Shown in pieces: positions 28,075-38,731 of a stretch of 61,205 nucleotides of DNA; the first letter of the stretch is position 1, and the number at the start of each line of letters is the position of its first letter. Below the pieces are notes generated by a model, which did no database searches, was not told the origin of the DNA, and worked only from the letters and a program-made list of their open reading frames with translations. The stretch comes from an uncultured Lachnospiraceae bacterium (GTDB lineage Bacteria > Bacillota > Clostridia > Lachnospirales > Lachnospiraceae): positions 1 to 61,205 of the forward strand of contig CANQYP010000001.1 in the NCBI GenBank assembly GCA_947628045.1. Reading direction: 5' to 3'. Made by a program: the position numbers and the translations under genes.

Positions 28075-28168
28075 ACAAGTAGTTTTTGTACGTGTCAATT
28101 TTTGGTAAGGGCCCCCAAAAATGCATCGGTGCAACGACAGAATAACGAAACAGGGGAGGAGCATGTAA

Positions 28169-28966
28169 ATGGAAAAGCTAAATATCGCGATTGCCGACGA
28201 CAACGAGAGAATGGTGCAGCTGCTGGATCAGATCGTCAGCAGTGACGAGGAGCTGGAGGTTGTCGGAAAAGCAGGAAACGGGGAGGAACTGATCGAGATC
28301 ATTCGCGAGAAGAAACCGGATGTCGTATTGTTGGACATTATTATGCCGAAACTGGACGGTTTGACGGTGATGGACCGCATCAACCGGGAGCAGAATCTGA
28401 AGAAACCCGCGTTTATCGTGATCTCCGCCGTCAGCCAGGAGAAGATGACAGAGGACGCGTTTGAACTCGGGGCGGATTATTATATTCTGAAACCTTTCGA
28501 CAACGATATGGTCGTAAACCGCATCAAGCGGGTGCGGTCAAGGCAGCAGAAGAGCTTTGCCAAGCCGAAGAAGGTGAATGCCTATGACAACAAAAAGGAA
28601 TACATGGAGCACAATCTGGAGACCGACGTCACGAACATTATCCATGAGGTCGGCGTTCCGGCGCACATCAAGGGGTATCAGTACCTGCGCGACGCGATCA
28701 TCATGTCGGTAAACGACATGGAGATGCTCAATTCGATCACCAAAATTCTCTATCCGACGATCGCGAAACGACACCAGACGACGCCGAGCCGGGTGGAGCG
28801 CGCGATCCGCCACGCGATCGAGGTCGCCTGGAGCCGGGGCAAGATGGACACGATCGACGAGCTGTTCGGCTACACGGTCAGCAACGGCAAGGGAAAGCCG
28901 ACAAATTCCGAGTTCATCGCGCTGATCGCCGACAAGATCCGCCTGGAGTACAAAAGCCGGGCATAA
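28169..28966 (+). CDS. spo0A: Sporulation master regulator Spo0A
   Basis: Receiver domain [12 protein letters not shown]; [41 protein letters not shown]. Confidence 0.98.
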   Translation: MEKLNIAIADDNERMVQLLDQIVSSDEELEVVGKAGNGEELIEIIREKKPDVVLLDIIMPKLDGLTVMDRINREQNLKKPAFIVISAVSQEKMTEDAFELGADYYILKPFDNDMVVNRIKRVRSRQQKSFAKPKKVNAYDNKKEYMEHNLETDVTNIIHEVGVPAHIKGYQYLRDAIIMSVNDMEMLNSITKILYPTIAKRHQTTPSRVERAIRHAIEVAWSRGKMDTIDELFGYTVSNGKGKPTNSEFIALIADKIRLEYKSRA

Positions 28967-29028
28967 CGGGCGGCACGCATATCCGGCGGAAAACATACAA
29001 TATTTCTGAAAACAGACGAAGAAATGCT

Positions 29029-29080
29029 TTGCATTATGCGAGAAATGCGTTATAATCAAATTAAACTCGATAATGTCGAA
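29029..29080 (+). promoter_or_regulatory. glgA sigmaA-like promoter with downstream perfect 0A box
   Basis: TTGCAT 29029-34, TATAAT 29051-56, TGTCGAA 29074-80. Confidence 0.55.
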
Positions 29081-29097
29081 TAAGCGGAGGTTCGTAT

Positions 29098-30534
29098 ATG
29101 AAGAAAATATTGTATGTGACATCAGAGGCGGTACCGTTTATCAAGACGGGAGGTCTTGCGGATGTGGCTGGTTCTCTGCCGAAGTGCTTTGACAAGAACG
29201 AATTCGATGTGCGCGTGATTTTGCCGAAATATCAGTGCATGAGTGAAGAGTGGAAGAGCAAGATGAATTACGTGACGCATTTCTATATGGATCTTGCGTG
29301 GCGTTCCCAGTATGTCGGCGTCCTGGAGATGCAGTACGACGGCGTGCAGTTTTATTTTATCGACAACGAATACTACTTCTCCGGGGCAAAGCCTTACGGA
29401 AACATCTATCAGGACATTGAGAAGTTCGCGTTCTTCTCGAAGGCGGCGCTCTCGGCGCTGCCGCTGATCGGGTTCCGCCCGGACATCGTGCACTGCCACG
29501 ACTGGCAGACCGGACTGATCCCGGTGCTGCTCAAGGATAAATTCCACGAGGGCGAGTTCTTCCGGGACATGAAGTCCATCATCACGATCCACAATCTCAA
29601 GTTCCAGGGCATCTGGGACGTGAAGACGGTGCGCGACATCACGGGGCTGCCGGCGTATTACTTCACGCCGGATAAGCTCGAGGCGTACGGCGACGCGAAC
29701 TACTTAAAGGGCGGCATCGTGTACGCGGACGCGATCACGACGGTGAGCAATACTTACGCCGAGGAGATCAAGATGCCGTTCTACGGCGAGGGCCTCGACG
29801 GGCTGATGAGGGCGCGTTCCAATTCCCTGCGCGGGATTGTGAACGGGATTGACTACGACGAGTACAACCCGGAGACGGATCCCCTGATCGAACATAACTA
29901 CAACGCGCGGAACTTCCGCAAGGAGAAGATCAAGAACAAACGTGCCCTGCAGCGCGAGCTCGGGCTCAACCAGAGCGATTCGACGTTCATGGGCGGCATC
30001 GTCTCCCGCCTGACGGATCAGAAGGGCTTTGACCTGATCGCCCACATGATGGATGAGATGTGCCAGAACGACATTCAGATCGTCGTGCTCGGCACCGGCG
30101 AGGAGAAGTACGAGAATATGTTCCGCCACTTCGCGTGGAAGTATCAGGGCAAGGTGTCCGCGAACATCTTCTACTCAGAGGCGCTCTCGCACAAGATCTA
30201 CGCCTCCTGCGACGCCTTCCTGATGCCGTCGCTGTTTGAGCCGTGCGGACTGTCGCAGCTGATGAGCCTGCGCTACGGCACGGTGCCGATCGTCCGCGAG
30301 ACCGGCGGACTGAAGGACACGGTGATCCCGTACAACGAGTACGAGAGCACAGGCACCGGGTTCAGTTTCGCGAACTACAACGCGCACGAGATGTATTTCA
30401 CGCTGCAGTACGCGATGTCCGTCTACTACAACAAGAAACGCGAGTGGAACAAGATGATCGACCGCGGCATGGCGCAGGATTTCTCCTGGCACAGCTCGGC
30501 GGCGAAGTACGCGGAATTGTACAACTGGCTGTAA
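29098..30534 (+). CDS. glgA: Glycogen synthase
   Basis: PFIKTGGLADV, HCHDWQT, TIHNL, SRLTDQKG, PSLFEPCGLSQL. Confidence 0.96.
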   Translation: MKKILYVTSEAVPFIKTGGLADVAGSLPKCFDKNEFDVRVILPKYQCMSEEWKSKMNYVTHFYMDLAWRSQYVGVLEMQYDGVQFYFIDNEYYFSGAKPYGNIYQDIEKFAFFSKAALSALPLIGFRPDIVHCHDWQTGLIPVLLKDKFHEGEFFRDMKSIITIHNLKFQGIWDVKTVRDITGLPAYYFTPDKLEAYGDANYLKGGIVYADAITTVSNTYAEEIKMPFYGEGLDGLMRARSNSLRGIVNGIDYDEYNPETDPLIEHNYNARNFRKEKIKNKRALQRELGLNQSDSTFMGGIVSRLTDQKGFDLIAHMMDEMCQNDIQIVVLGTGEEKYENMFRHFAWKYQGKVSANIFYSEALSHKIYASCDAFLMPSLFEPCGLSQLMSLRYGTVPIVRETGGLKDTVIPYNEYESTGTGFSFANYNAHEMYFTLQYAMSVYYNKKREWNKMIDRGMAQDFSWHSSAAKYAELYNWL

Positions 30535-30563
30535 AGGTTCCCTGATATTTTTTTACAAAACAG

Positions 30564-30592
30564 GAATAAGTTCCCTTCTTTTGGAAGATACT
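30564..30592 (+). promoter_or_regulatory. Possible forespore sigmaF/sigmaG-type promoter
   Basis: GAATA-15-GAAGATACT upstream of two small spore-type genes. Confidence 0.35.
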
Positions 30593-30632
30593 GTGAGCGT
30601 AACCACAAACATTCCAAAAGGAGGGAATTTTT

Positions 30633-30818
30633 ATGAACGAGATCTCAGAACTGGATCTTCAGAATCTCCGCCACCTGATCGGCGGATTTTCGACGACGCA
30701 CTGCAAGATGCAGGCGTATGCGGAGCAGGCGTCGGACCCGAACGTAAAACAGTTTTTCCAGAAGTCCGCGCAGTCGGCGATGGAGAGCAAACAGCAGCTG
30801 ATGAAATTTTTACAGTAA
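30633..30818 (+). CDS. Small helical hypothetical protein, probable spore protein
   Basis: GGAGGG SD; 61 aa; paired with a Coat F-like gene. Confidence 0.7.
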   Translation: MNEISELDLQNLRHLIGGFSTTHCKMQAYAEQASDPNVKQFFQKSAQSAMESKQQLMKFLQ

Positions 30819-30877
30819 AGGTCAGGACAGACCGAATCAACGGTTAGTGAGGTCGAAAAAACGACACAGGAGGGAAA

Positions 30878-31132
30878 ATGATGTTGGACGAGAAGACAAT
30901 GGTATCAGACACGCTGGCTGGGATCAACGGCGAGCTTGTGCGCTACGGCGAGATGATCCCGCAGACAGAGAATATGCAGCTGAAACAGACCCTGAAACAG
31001 TTCCGCAACCAGTGCGAGCAGTCTCAGGAGGAGATCTACCAGATCGCGCGTAGCAGGCAGTACTATGTGCCGGCGGCGAAGGCGTCGCGGGAGGAGATCG
31101 ACCATGTGAAGTCCGTTCTCATGCAGGGCTGA
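30878..31132 (+). CDS. Spore coat protein (Coat F-like)
   Basis: DEKTMVSDTL...Y..MI..TEN.QLKQTL...Q.EIYQIA...YY.P pattern; AGGAGG SD. Confidence 0.75.
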   Translation: MMLDEKTMVSDTLAGINGELVRYGEMIPQTENMQLKQTLKQFRNQCEQSQEEIYQIARSRQYYVPAAKASREEIDHVKSVLMQG

Positions 31133-31313
31133 GGCGAAGGACGGCAAAAGGCGGCGCGGCAGGGCAGTCCGGTCCGCGCCGCAGATAAAAACATTGCGAA
31201 ACCGCAGGGTATCCGCTATACTGTCTTTAAGACGGTGTAGCGGATGTTGTCTGTTGCGGGGATTCTGTCCGAGCCGCGCGGCGCGCCGCTATGATAGAAA
31301 ATGGGGTGTTTCG

Positions 31314-32201
31314 ATGAGAAGAAAAGCTGGGAAAGGTCTGCGGAAGGAAGTCCTGTTCTGCCTGCTGCTGACGCTGCTCTGGGGCAGCGCATTCACGGCG
31401 GAGGCAAAGCCGCAGCTGAGCGAGGCGCGGCTGTCGCTGGTGAAGGGCGAGACGAGGACGCTGAAGGTGAGCGGAGCGAGCGGCAAGATCAGATGGAAGA
31501 GCAGTGATCCGCGCGTGGTCTCGGTGGACAGCTCCGGGAAGATTCAGGCGAAAAAGAAGGGGAGCGCGACGGTTTCGGCGAAGACCGGCGGGAAAAAGCT
31601 GTCCTGCAAGGTCCTGGTCGCAAACAACCGGTGGAATCAGCTGTTCAACGAATACCGCGACGACGACGGCACGAACCAGCTGCTTATGGTCAAGTACAAG
31701 GGCGGGAGCAGCGCGAAGGTGCAGCTCTATCAGAAGACCGACGGGAAATGGTATCGGGCGCTGAGCTGCCGCGGCTATGTGGGGCGAAACGGCATCGGCA
31801 AGGCACGGGAGGGAGACGGGAAAACGCCGACCGGCGTCTTCCGCCTGACACAGGCGTTCGGGATCAAGGCGGATCCGGGCGCGCAGGTCTCCTATGTGAA
31901 GGTGGATCGGAATCTGTACTGGTGCGGAGACGAGCCGTATTACAACCAGCTGATCGATATCCGGGAACACCCGCATTCCTGCCGGGGAGAGCATTTGATC
32001 GACTATGTGCCGCAGTATAATTACGGCATGTTCCTGGATTACAACAGCGAGCATACCTACGGCAAGGGCTCGGCGATCTTCCTGCACTGCATGGGACCGA
32101 ATTCTTACACCGCCGGCTGCATCGCGGTGAGCGAGGAAAACATGATCCGCATTCTCCGCACGGTGGAGGATGGGGCGAAAATCTGTATTTTCCCGAAATA
32201 A
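31314..32201 (+). CDS. L,D-transpeptidase (YkuD-like) with Ig-like Big_2 domain
   Basis: Signal peptide; WKSSDPRVVSVDSSGKI; EGDGKTPTG; GSAIFLHC...TAGCIA (His-x-Cys catalytic motif). Confidence 0.85.
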   Translation: MRRKAGKGLRKEVLFCLLLTLLWGSAFTAEAKPQLSEARLSLVKGETRTLKVSGASGKIRWKSSDPRVVSVDSSGKIQAKKKGSATVSAKTGGKKLSCKVLVANNRWNQLFNEYRDDDGTNQLLMVKYKGGSSAKVQLYQKTDGKWYRALSCRGYVGRNGIGKAREGDGKTPTGVFRLTQAFGIKADPGAQVSYVKVDRNLYWCGDEPYYNQLIDIREHPHSCRGEHLIDYVPQYNYGMFLDYNSEHTYGKGSAIFLHCMGPNSYTAGCIAVSEENMIRILRTVEDGAKICIFPK

Positions 32202-32272
32202 AGCGCTCAATTCGCGGGCAGGCAGAATGAAATTGTGCCGTTTGAACGCTGCCTTGACCTGAAAGAAAGCGC

Positions 32273-33880
32273 TCAGCGCGCGGGCGGGCGGCGCAGCAGC
32301 CGGATGCGCCCTTCCTTGCCCGGGAGCAGGAAAAAGGCGAGCCAAAGGAAGGCGGCGCCGTAGATGCACAGGGAGCCAAGGAGCGATCCCCAGGACGTCC
32401 TGCCAAGGTACGGCAGGGCGTTTTGCAGCAGGAGGAGACCTGCGCTGCTTGCGACGCATACGAGCGCCGGTCGGATCAGCGCAGCGGACAGGTCAACGGA
32501 GAAAGCGCTGTCCCGGTGCAGGAGAATCAGGGAGCAGACGGTCAAAAAGACCTGGCTGAGCAAGGTGCCCGCGAAGTACCCGTCGATCCCGGTATTCGGG
32601 ACGAGGAGAAGGATCGCGGCGAGGCGGATGCCGAACGCAGCTGTGTTCCAGACCGTGACGAGCGTGGTCGCCCCGAGCCCGTGCAGGATGCTCACGAGCG
32701 TTGTATTGATGTAGAGGAAGGGGCAGAGCAGGGCGAGCTTTCGGGTGTAGATCCCGGCGAGCGCGCTGTGGAACAGCAGGGAGCCGATGCTGTCTCCGAA
32801 CAGGAGGAACGCGCAGAGGAAAAACAGCCCAAGCAGCAGGCTCCCGCGGAAACTGGCATCGACGGTGCCGGTTATTTTTTTGTCCTGGCGGAGCGCGCGC
32901 GCCTCAGAGACAGCGGGCAGCAGCAGGGTGCCGAGCGACGAGGTGATCGCCGTGGGAAACAGGATCAGGGGCATAGCCATTCCGGTCAGCGTGCCGTAGA
33001 GGGCGAGGGACTGTGTGCCGCTGCAGCCGGATCGGCGCAGCATCTGCGGAAGGAGCGCCGCCTCGATTCCCTGGAGGACGCAGAGTAGCATACGGTTCAG
33101 ACCGAGTGGCAGGGAGACCGATACTGTCCGATCCAGATCGGCGCGCCCGGGGCGGAGGCGTTTCGGGGAAGGCGCGGTCCGCGCGGGGGAAAGCGGTGCG
33201 GTCCCAAAGCCGCGGGAGGCGGCTTTCCCATCCGCAAAGGGCGAGCTTTTCCCGTAGATCAGCTGATACGCGCAGAAGAGGGCTGCCGACAGCTCTCCGG
33301 CGAGCTGCCCGAGCGCCATGACGGAGGCGTCCATCTGCCCTCCGTTTTTCTGGAAATACAGAAAGATCAGCAGGACGGAAACGATGCGCAGGAGCTGCTC
33401 GACAAACTGCGCGGCGGCGGGGATGGAGACGTTCTTTTTGCCGAGAAAGAATCCGCCGACGCAGCCGTGGAGGGCGCCGAAGGGGAGGGAGAGCGCGACC
33501 ATCTGCAGCAGGACGGCGCAGGAGGGCTCCAGCAGGAAGGAGCGGGCGATCCACGCAGCACCGAAAAACAGGGCGGCGGCGCAGGCGGCTGAGAGCCCGC
33601 CGGAGAGCAGGAGCGCGCAGATAAGGATGCGGATCGCCGATCGCTCGTCCTTCTCCGCGTAGGATTCCGCCGTAAAGCGGGAGACCGCCGTCTGGATGCC
33701 GCCGCAGGAGAGCGCCGTGCAGAACGCGTAGACGGGGAGCGTGAGCTGGAACATGCCGATCTGCGCCGCACCGATCGTGCGCGAGAGGAATATTTTATAG
33801 AAGAAACCTGCGATCCGCGTCAGGAGACCGGTGAAGGTCAGGATAAAAGTGCCTTTCAGAAGGAAGTGACGTTGGTTCAT
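32273..33880 (-). CDS. spoVB: SpoVB-like polysaccharide/lipid II flippase (MOP family)
   Basis: LLKGTFILTFTGLLTRIAGFFYKIFLSR, GGIQTAVSR, EQLLR, YGTLTGMAMPLILFP; ~14 TM helices. Confidence 0.8.
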   Translation of the reverse strand: MNQRHFLLKGTFILTFTGLLTRIAGFFYKIFLSRTIGAAQIGMFQLTLPVYAFCTALSCGGIQTAVSRFTAESYAEKDERSAIRILICALLLSGGLSAACAAALFFGAAWIARSFLLEPSCAVLLQMVALSLPFGALHGCVGGFFLGKKNVSIPAAAQFVEQLLRIVSVLLIFLYFQKNGGQMDASVMALGQLAGELSAALFCAYQLIYGKSSPFADGKAASRGFGTAPLSPARTAPSPKRLRPGRADLDRTVSVSLPLGLNRMLLCVLQGIEAALLPQMLRRSGCSGTQSLALYGTLTGMAMPLILFPTAITSSLGTLLLPAVSEARALRQDKKITGTVDASFRGSLLLGLFFLCAFLLFGDSIGSLLFHSALAGIYTRKLALLCPFLYINTTLVSILHGLGATTLVTVWNTAAFGIRLAAILLLVPNTGIDGYFAGTLLSQVFLTVCSLILLHRDSAFSVDLSAALIRPALVCVASSAGLLLLQNALPYLGRTSWGSLLGSLCIYGAAFLWLAFFLLPGKEGRIRLLRRPPAR

Positions 33881-33909
33881 GGGATAACCGTCCGGAACGA
33901 TGTTTGTAC

Positions 33910-33937
33910 ACTATATGCGGCGGGCGGGATTTTATGC
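33910..33937 (-). promoter_or_regulatory. sigmaE-like promoter for the spoVB-like gene
   Basis: Minus strand GCATA-15-CATATAGT. Confidence 0.55.
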
Positions 33938-33998
33938 TTGACAGACAGGCGGACAGGTGCTATTCTGTACACGAAATCCGAGTAAAACGCTCGGAAAT
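33938..33998 (+). promoter_or_regulatory. sigmaA promoter plus Rrf2/IscR-type inverted repeat operator
   Basis: TTGACA-17-TATTCT; tccgag-taaaacg-ctcgga at 33977-33995. Confidence 0.65.
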
Positions 33999-34030
33999 AA
34001 AAAGGAGATATACCCGTCAGGGAGAAGATC

Positions 34031-34501
34031 ATGAAATTATCAACGAAAGGGCGATACGGTCTGCGCGCGATGATCGATCTGGCGCAGTACAGCGAGCAGG
34101 AGGCGGTGTCGATCAGCAGTGTCGCGCAGCGGCAGAACATTTCCGAGCGCTACCTGGAACAGCTTGTCGCAAAGCTGAAGAAGGCGGGGCTGGTGATGAG
34201 CACGCGCGGCGCGCAGGGCGGATACCGTCTGGCGCGGTCGGCGGACGAGATCTCGGTCGGGGACGTGCTGCGGGCGCTCGAGGGGAACCTTGAGGCGGTC
34301 GTCTGCTCGGCGCAGACGGACGAGGGCTGTCAGGGCGCGGAGCTGTGTGTGACGAAATACGTCTGGCAGAAGATCAACGAGAGCATCGCGAGGACGGTCG
34401 ACGAGATGATGCTCAGCCAGCTGGTGGAGGAGAGCAGAAAAGCGCAGAAGAAACGTGCGGATCAACAGCCGGACTACGGCAGCAGGAGCTGCCTTGGCTG
34501 A
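34031..34501 (+). CDS. Rrf2 family transcriptional regulator (IscR/CymR-like)
   Basis: [26 protein letters not shown], three Cys (C-x7-C-x5-C). Confidence 0.92.
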   Translation: MKLSTKGRYGLRAMIDLAQYSEQEAVSISSVAQRQNISERYLEQLVAKLKKAGLVMSTRGAQGGYRLARSADEISVGDVLRALEGNLEAVVCSAQTDEGCQGAELCVTKYVWQKINESIARTVDEMMLSQLVEESRKAQKKRADQQPDYGSRSCLG

Positions 34502-34536
34502 AAAACATACAAGTTTATGACAGAAGGAGAATGAAC

Positions 34537-35721
34537 ATGGAACGATTGATTTATCTGGACAATGCTGCAACAACTAAGACTTCGCCGACGGTTCTGGAGG
34601 CGATGCTCCCGTATTTTTCCGAGTACTACGGGAACGCGTCCAGCATCTACAGCATCGGCACAAAGAGCAAGGAGGCGATCAACCACGCCAGGGAGACGAT
34701 CGCTGCGACGCTCGGCGCAAAGCCGGAGGAGATCTATTTCACCGCGGGCGGTTCCGAGTCGGACAACTGGGCGATCAAGGCGACCGCGGAGGCATATAAG
34801 GCGAAGGGAAAGCATATCATCACGTCGAAGATCGAGCACCACGCGGTGCTGCACAGTTGTGAATATCTGGAGAAACAGGGCTATGAGGTCTCCTACATCG
34901 ACGTCGACGAGAACGGCGTGGTGAAACTGGACCAGCTCGAGAAGGCGATCCGTCCGGATACGATCCTGATCACGATCATGTTCGCGAACAACGAGATCGG
35001 GACGATCCAGCCGATTCGGGAGATCGGGGAGATCGCGAAAAAGCACGGGATTCTGTTCCACACGGATGCGGTGCAGGCGTACGGGCAGCTCCCGATCAAC
35101 GTAGACGAGCTGAACATCGACATGCTCAGTTCCAGCGGGCACAAGATCTGCGGACCGAAGGGGATCGGTTTCCTCTATATCCGCAAGGGCGTGAAGATCC
35201 GCTCGTTTGTGCACGGCGGGGCGCAGGAGCGCAAGCGCCGCGCGGGCACGGAGAATGTGCCGGGCATCGTGGGCTACGGCAAGGCGGCAGAGGAGGCGGC
35301 GTCGACGATGCAGGAGCGCACGGCGAAGGAGATCGAGCTGCGCGATTACCTGATCGACCGCATTTTGAAAGAGATCCCGTATACAAGGCTGAACGGGCAC
35401 CGCACGAACCGTCTGCCGAACAACGCGAACTTCAGTTTCCAGTTCATCGAGGGAGAGTCCCTGCTGATCATGCTGGATATGGAGGGAATCTGCGGTTCGA
35501 GCGGATCCGCGTGTACTTCCGGTTCGCTGGATCCGTCGCATGTGCTGCTGGCGATCGGGCTGCCGCATGAGATCGCGCACGGGTCGCTGCGGCTGACGCT
35601 TGGCGCCGAGACCACGAGGGAGGACATTGATTTCGTGATCGAGAAGGTGAAGGGAATCGTGGAGCGGCTGCGCAGCATGTCGCCGCTGTACGAGGATTTT
35701 GTGCGGAAATCAGGGCATTGA
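34537..35721 (+). CDS. iscS: Cysteine desulfurase
   Basis: [32 protein letters not shown]. Confidence 0.95.
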   Translation: MERLIYLDNAATTKTSPTVLEAMLPYFSEYYGNASSIYSIGTKSKEAINHARETIAATLGAKPEEIYFTAGGSESDNWAIKATAEAYKAKGKHIITSKIEHHAVLHSCEYLEKQGYEVSYIDVDENGVVKLDQLEKAIRPDTILITIMFANNEIGTIQPIREIGEIAKKHGILFHTDAVQAYGQLPINVDELNIDMLSSSGHKICGPKGIGFLYIRKGVKIRSFVHGGAQERKRRAGTENVPGIVGYGKAAEEAASTMQERTAKEIELRDYLIDRILKEIPYTRLNGHRTNRLPNNANFSFQFIEGESLLIMLDMEGICGSSGSACTSGSLDPSHVLLAIGLPHEIAHGSLRLTLGAETTREDIDFVIEKVKGIVERLRSMSPLYEDFVRKSGH

Positions 35722-35818
35722 CACCGGTGGCGCGGCGCATGGCGGAATCACGTGCCGACCGGCTGGGTGATCATAAAAAAACAAATCGACAGAGACAAGA
35801 AACAGGAGGAACACAGCA

Positions 35819-36256
35819 ATGTATTCAGAGAAGGTAATGGACCATTTTCAGAATCCGAGGAATGTGGGGGAAATTGAGAACGCGAGCGGCGTCGGCACAG
35901 TCGGCAATGCCAAGTGCGGCGACATCATGCGCATGTACCTGGACATCGATGACAACGGCATCATTCAGGACGTGAAGTTCAAGACGTTCGGCTGCGGCGC
36001 TGCGGTGGCGACGAGCAGCATGGCGACGGAGCTCGTCAAGGGCAAGAGCATCCAGGAGGCGCTCCAGGTGACGAACAAGGCGGTGATGGAGGCGTTGGAC
36101 GGGCTCCCGCCGGTGAAGGTGCACTGTTCGCTGCTGGCGGAGGAGGCGATCCATGCGGCGCTGTGGGATTACGCGCAGAAACACGGGATCGAGATCGAGG
36201 GGCTTGAGAAACCGAAGTCTGACATCAGCGAGGGCGAGGAAGAGGAAGAATACTAA
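35819..36256 (+). CDS. iscU: Fe-S cluster scaffold protein IscU/NifU
   Basis: MYSEKVMDHF.NPRNVG, CGD, FGCG, KVHCS. Confidence 0.95.
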   Translation: MYSEKVMDHFQNPRNVGEIENASGVGTVGNAKCGDIMRMYLDIDDNGIIQDVKFKTFGCGAAVATSSMATELVKGKSIQEALQVTNKAVMEALDGLPPVKVHCSLLAEEAIHAALWDYAQKHGIEIEGLEKPKSDISEGEEEEEY

Positions 36257-36259
36257 AGT

Positions 36260-37336
36260 ATGAAGAAGGGGAAAGTAGTCGTGGGCATGTCCGGCGGCGT
36301 GGATTCGTCGGTGGCGGCGTACCTGCTGCTGGAGGAGGGTTATGACGTGGTCGGCGTCACCATGCAGATCTGGCAGAGGGAGGACGACGACGCGGCGAGT
36401 GAGAACGGCGGCTGCTGCGGCTTGAGCGCCGTGGAGGACGCCGCGCGCGTGGCGCGCAAGCTCGGGATCCCGCACTATGTCATGAACTTCCGCGACGAGT
36501 TTCGGGAGAAGGTCATTTCGTATTTCATGGATGAATACCTCTCCGGGCGCACGCCGAACCCCTGCATCGCCTGCAACCGCTATGTGAAGTGGGAGTCGCT
36601 GCTGCAGCGGAGCCTGCAGATCGGGGCAGACTGCATCGCGACCGGACATTACGCGCGGATCGCGCGGCTGCCGAACGGACGGTACGCGCTGCGGCGCTCG
36701 GCGACGGACGCGAAGGATCAGACCTACGCGCTCTACAGCCTGACGCAGGATCAGCTTGCGCGCACGCGGATGCCGGTCGGGGATTACGAGAAACCGGAGA
36801 TCCGCAGGATCGCGGGGGAGCTGGGGCTTGCTGTGGCGGACAAGCCGGACAGCATGGAGATCTGCTTTGTGCCGGACGGGGACTATGCGGGTTTTATCCG
36901 TGCAAACAGCGGCAGGGAGATCCCGAAGGGGAACTTTGTGACGGCGGACGGCACGGTGGTCGGCAGACACGAGGGAATCACACATTACACGGTCGGACAG
37001 CGGAAGGGGCTGCACCTCTCGATGGGACGCCCGGTGTTCGTGACGGAGATCCGACCGGAGACGAACGAGGTCGTGATCGGGGACAGCGCGGACGTCTTTA
37101 CCGACCGGCTTTGCTGCAATCGGCTGAATTTCATGGCGGTGCCGGACATCGTGGAAGAGATGCCGGTGACCGCGAAGATCCGCTACAATCATCAGGGCGC
37201 GCGCGCCGTGGTGCGAAGGACTGCGCCGGACGAGGCGGAAGTGATCTTTGAGGAGCCGGTGCGCGCGGTGACGCCGGGACAGGCGGTCGTGTTCTATGAC
37301 GGGGACTACGTGGTCGGCGGAGGAACGATCCTGTAG
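36260..37336 (+). CDS. mnmA: tRNA 2-thiouridine(34) synthase
   Basis: [41 protein letters not shown]. Confidence 0.96.
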   Translation: MKKGKVVVGMSGGVDSSVAAYLLLEEGYDVVGVTMQIWQREDDDAASENGGCCGLSAVEDAARVARKLGIPHYVMNFRDEFREKVISYFMDEYLSGRTPNPCIACNRYVKWESLLQRSLQIGADCIATGHYARIARLPNGRYALRRSATDAKDQTYALYSLTQDQLARTRMPVGDYEKPEIRRIAGELGLAVADKPDSMEICFVPDGDYAGFIRANSGREIPKGNFVTADGTVVGRHEGITHYTVGQRKGLHLSMGRPVFVTEIRPETNEVVIGDSADVFTDRLCCNRLNFMAVPDIVEEMPVTAKIRYNHQGARAVVRRTAPDEAEVIFEEPVRAVTPGQAVVFYDGDYVVGGGTIL

Positions 37337-37405
37337 GCACGGCGCCTTGCGCATTTCGGAGAAATGTGGTTCATTATATGCGAATAAGACAAATGGAGAT
37401 TGCAT

Positions 37406-38686
37406 ATGTACGGTGATTACATGGACAACCATGAGAATATCGCGACGCGCGTGCCGATGGGGAACGGTTTCTCGGAGGAGAGAACCAGGGAATCCGGGAG
37501 CCGTTACGCGGACAAGCAGACGCGGGACACGGCGGGACGGCGCGTATCCGGCGGCGGGAGCAAGAAGGGCGGCGGGCGGAACCGGCTTTTTGTTTTTCTG
37601 ACGATCCTTCTGCTGGCGCTGGTTCTGTGCGCGGTGGCGGCGATTGCGCTGCTCCAGAGGAAAAGAGAAGGCACGGAGCAGGAGAACGATGCGGGGATCG
37701 CGCAGATCGCCGCGGAGGACGGTCGGACGGGAGACGATTCCGGGACTGACTTGGGGGAGCAGGCACAGGGCGTCGATGCGGACGATCAGGCTGACGCGCC
37801 GGGCGCATCAGGGACACCGGATCAGGTCGATGCGTCAGAGTCCTCGGATGTGTCGGCAGAGGGACAGCAGGACGGTGGCGATTCCACGCAGCTTGTCGAC
37901 CTCGGGATCCTGGACAGCCCCTACGCCGCGCTGATGGACGCGCAGACCGGGGAGCTGCTGGCGGTGAAACGCGGCGACGAGAAGATCTTCCCGGCGTCCA
38001 TGACGAAGATACTGACGGTGCTCACCGCCATCGAGCATATCCCGGATCTGGATGTGACGATCCACATGGAGGAGGACTTTTACGAGGATCTGTATGACGA
38101 GGACGCGTCGCGCGCGGGCTTTGAGCCGGGCGAGGAGGCGGTGATCCGGGATCTGCTCTACGGGGCGCTGCTCCCGTCGGGCGCGGAGTGCTGCATCGAG
38201 CTGGCGCGTCAGGCTGCTGGGGCAGAGTCCGCGTTCGTCGAGCTGATGAACCAGAAGGTGGCGGATCTGGGGCTGGTACAGACGCATTTCACGAACTGTA
38301 CGGGGCTGCACAACGCCGAGCAATTCTCGACCTGCACGGAGATCGCGCGGATCCTGCAGAACGCGATGCAGAATGAGACGTTTCGGAATGTGTTCACGAC
38401 GCACCACTATTCGGTGGCTCCCACGGAGATACATCCGGATGGGTTTACCTTCTGGAGCACACTGTTCAAGGCGACGGCGGACGAGGTTGTGACCGGCGGA
38501 GAGATCATCGGCGGAAAGACCGGCTATACGGACGAGGCGGGGCATTGCCTGGCGAGCGCGGCGGAGATCTACGGAAAGGACTACATTCTTGTGACCGCCG
38601 GCTGGGCGGAAGACCCGGAGAATGAGCTTTATCACATTGACGACGCATTTCGGGCGTATAATGCCCTTGGAGACGCGTTGAGTTGA
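37406..38686 (+). CDS. D-alanyl-D-alanine carboxypeptidase (peptidase S11), membrane anchored
   Basis: PASMTK (SxxK), PSGA (SxN variant), FTNCTGL, GGKTG; N-terminal TM and acidic linker. Confidence 0.88.
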   Translation: MYGDYMDNHENIATRVPMGNGFSEERTRESGSRYADKQTRDTAGRRVSGGGSKKGGGRNRLFVFLTILLLALVLCAVAAIALLQRKREGTEQENDAGIAQIAAEDGRTGDDSGTDLGEQAQGVDADDQADAPGASGTPDQVDASESSDVSAEGQQDGGDSTQLVDLGILDSPYAALMDAQTGELLAVKRGDEKIFPASMTKILTVLTAIEHIPDLDVTIHMEEDFYEDLYDEDASRAGFEPGEEAVIRDLLYGALLPSGAECCIELARQAAGAESAFVELMNQKVADLGLVQTHFTNCTGLHNAEQFSTCTEIARILQNAMQNETFRNVFTTHHYSVAPTEIHPDGFTFWSTLFKATADEVVTGGEIIGGKTGYTDEAGHCLASAAEIYGKDYILVTAGWAEDPENELYHIDDAFRAYNALGDALS

Positions 38687-38731
38687 ATTCAGCTGCGTGG
38701 ATATCATATGACAGCCGCACAGGAGGACGCT

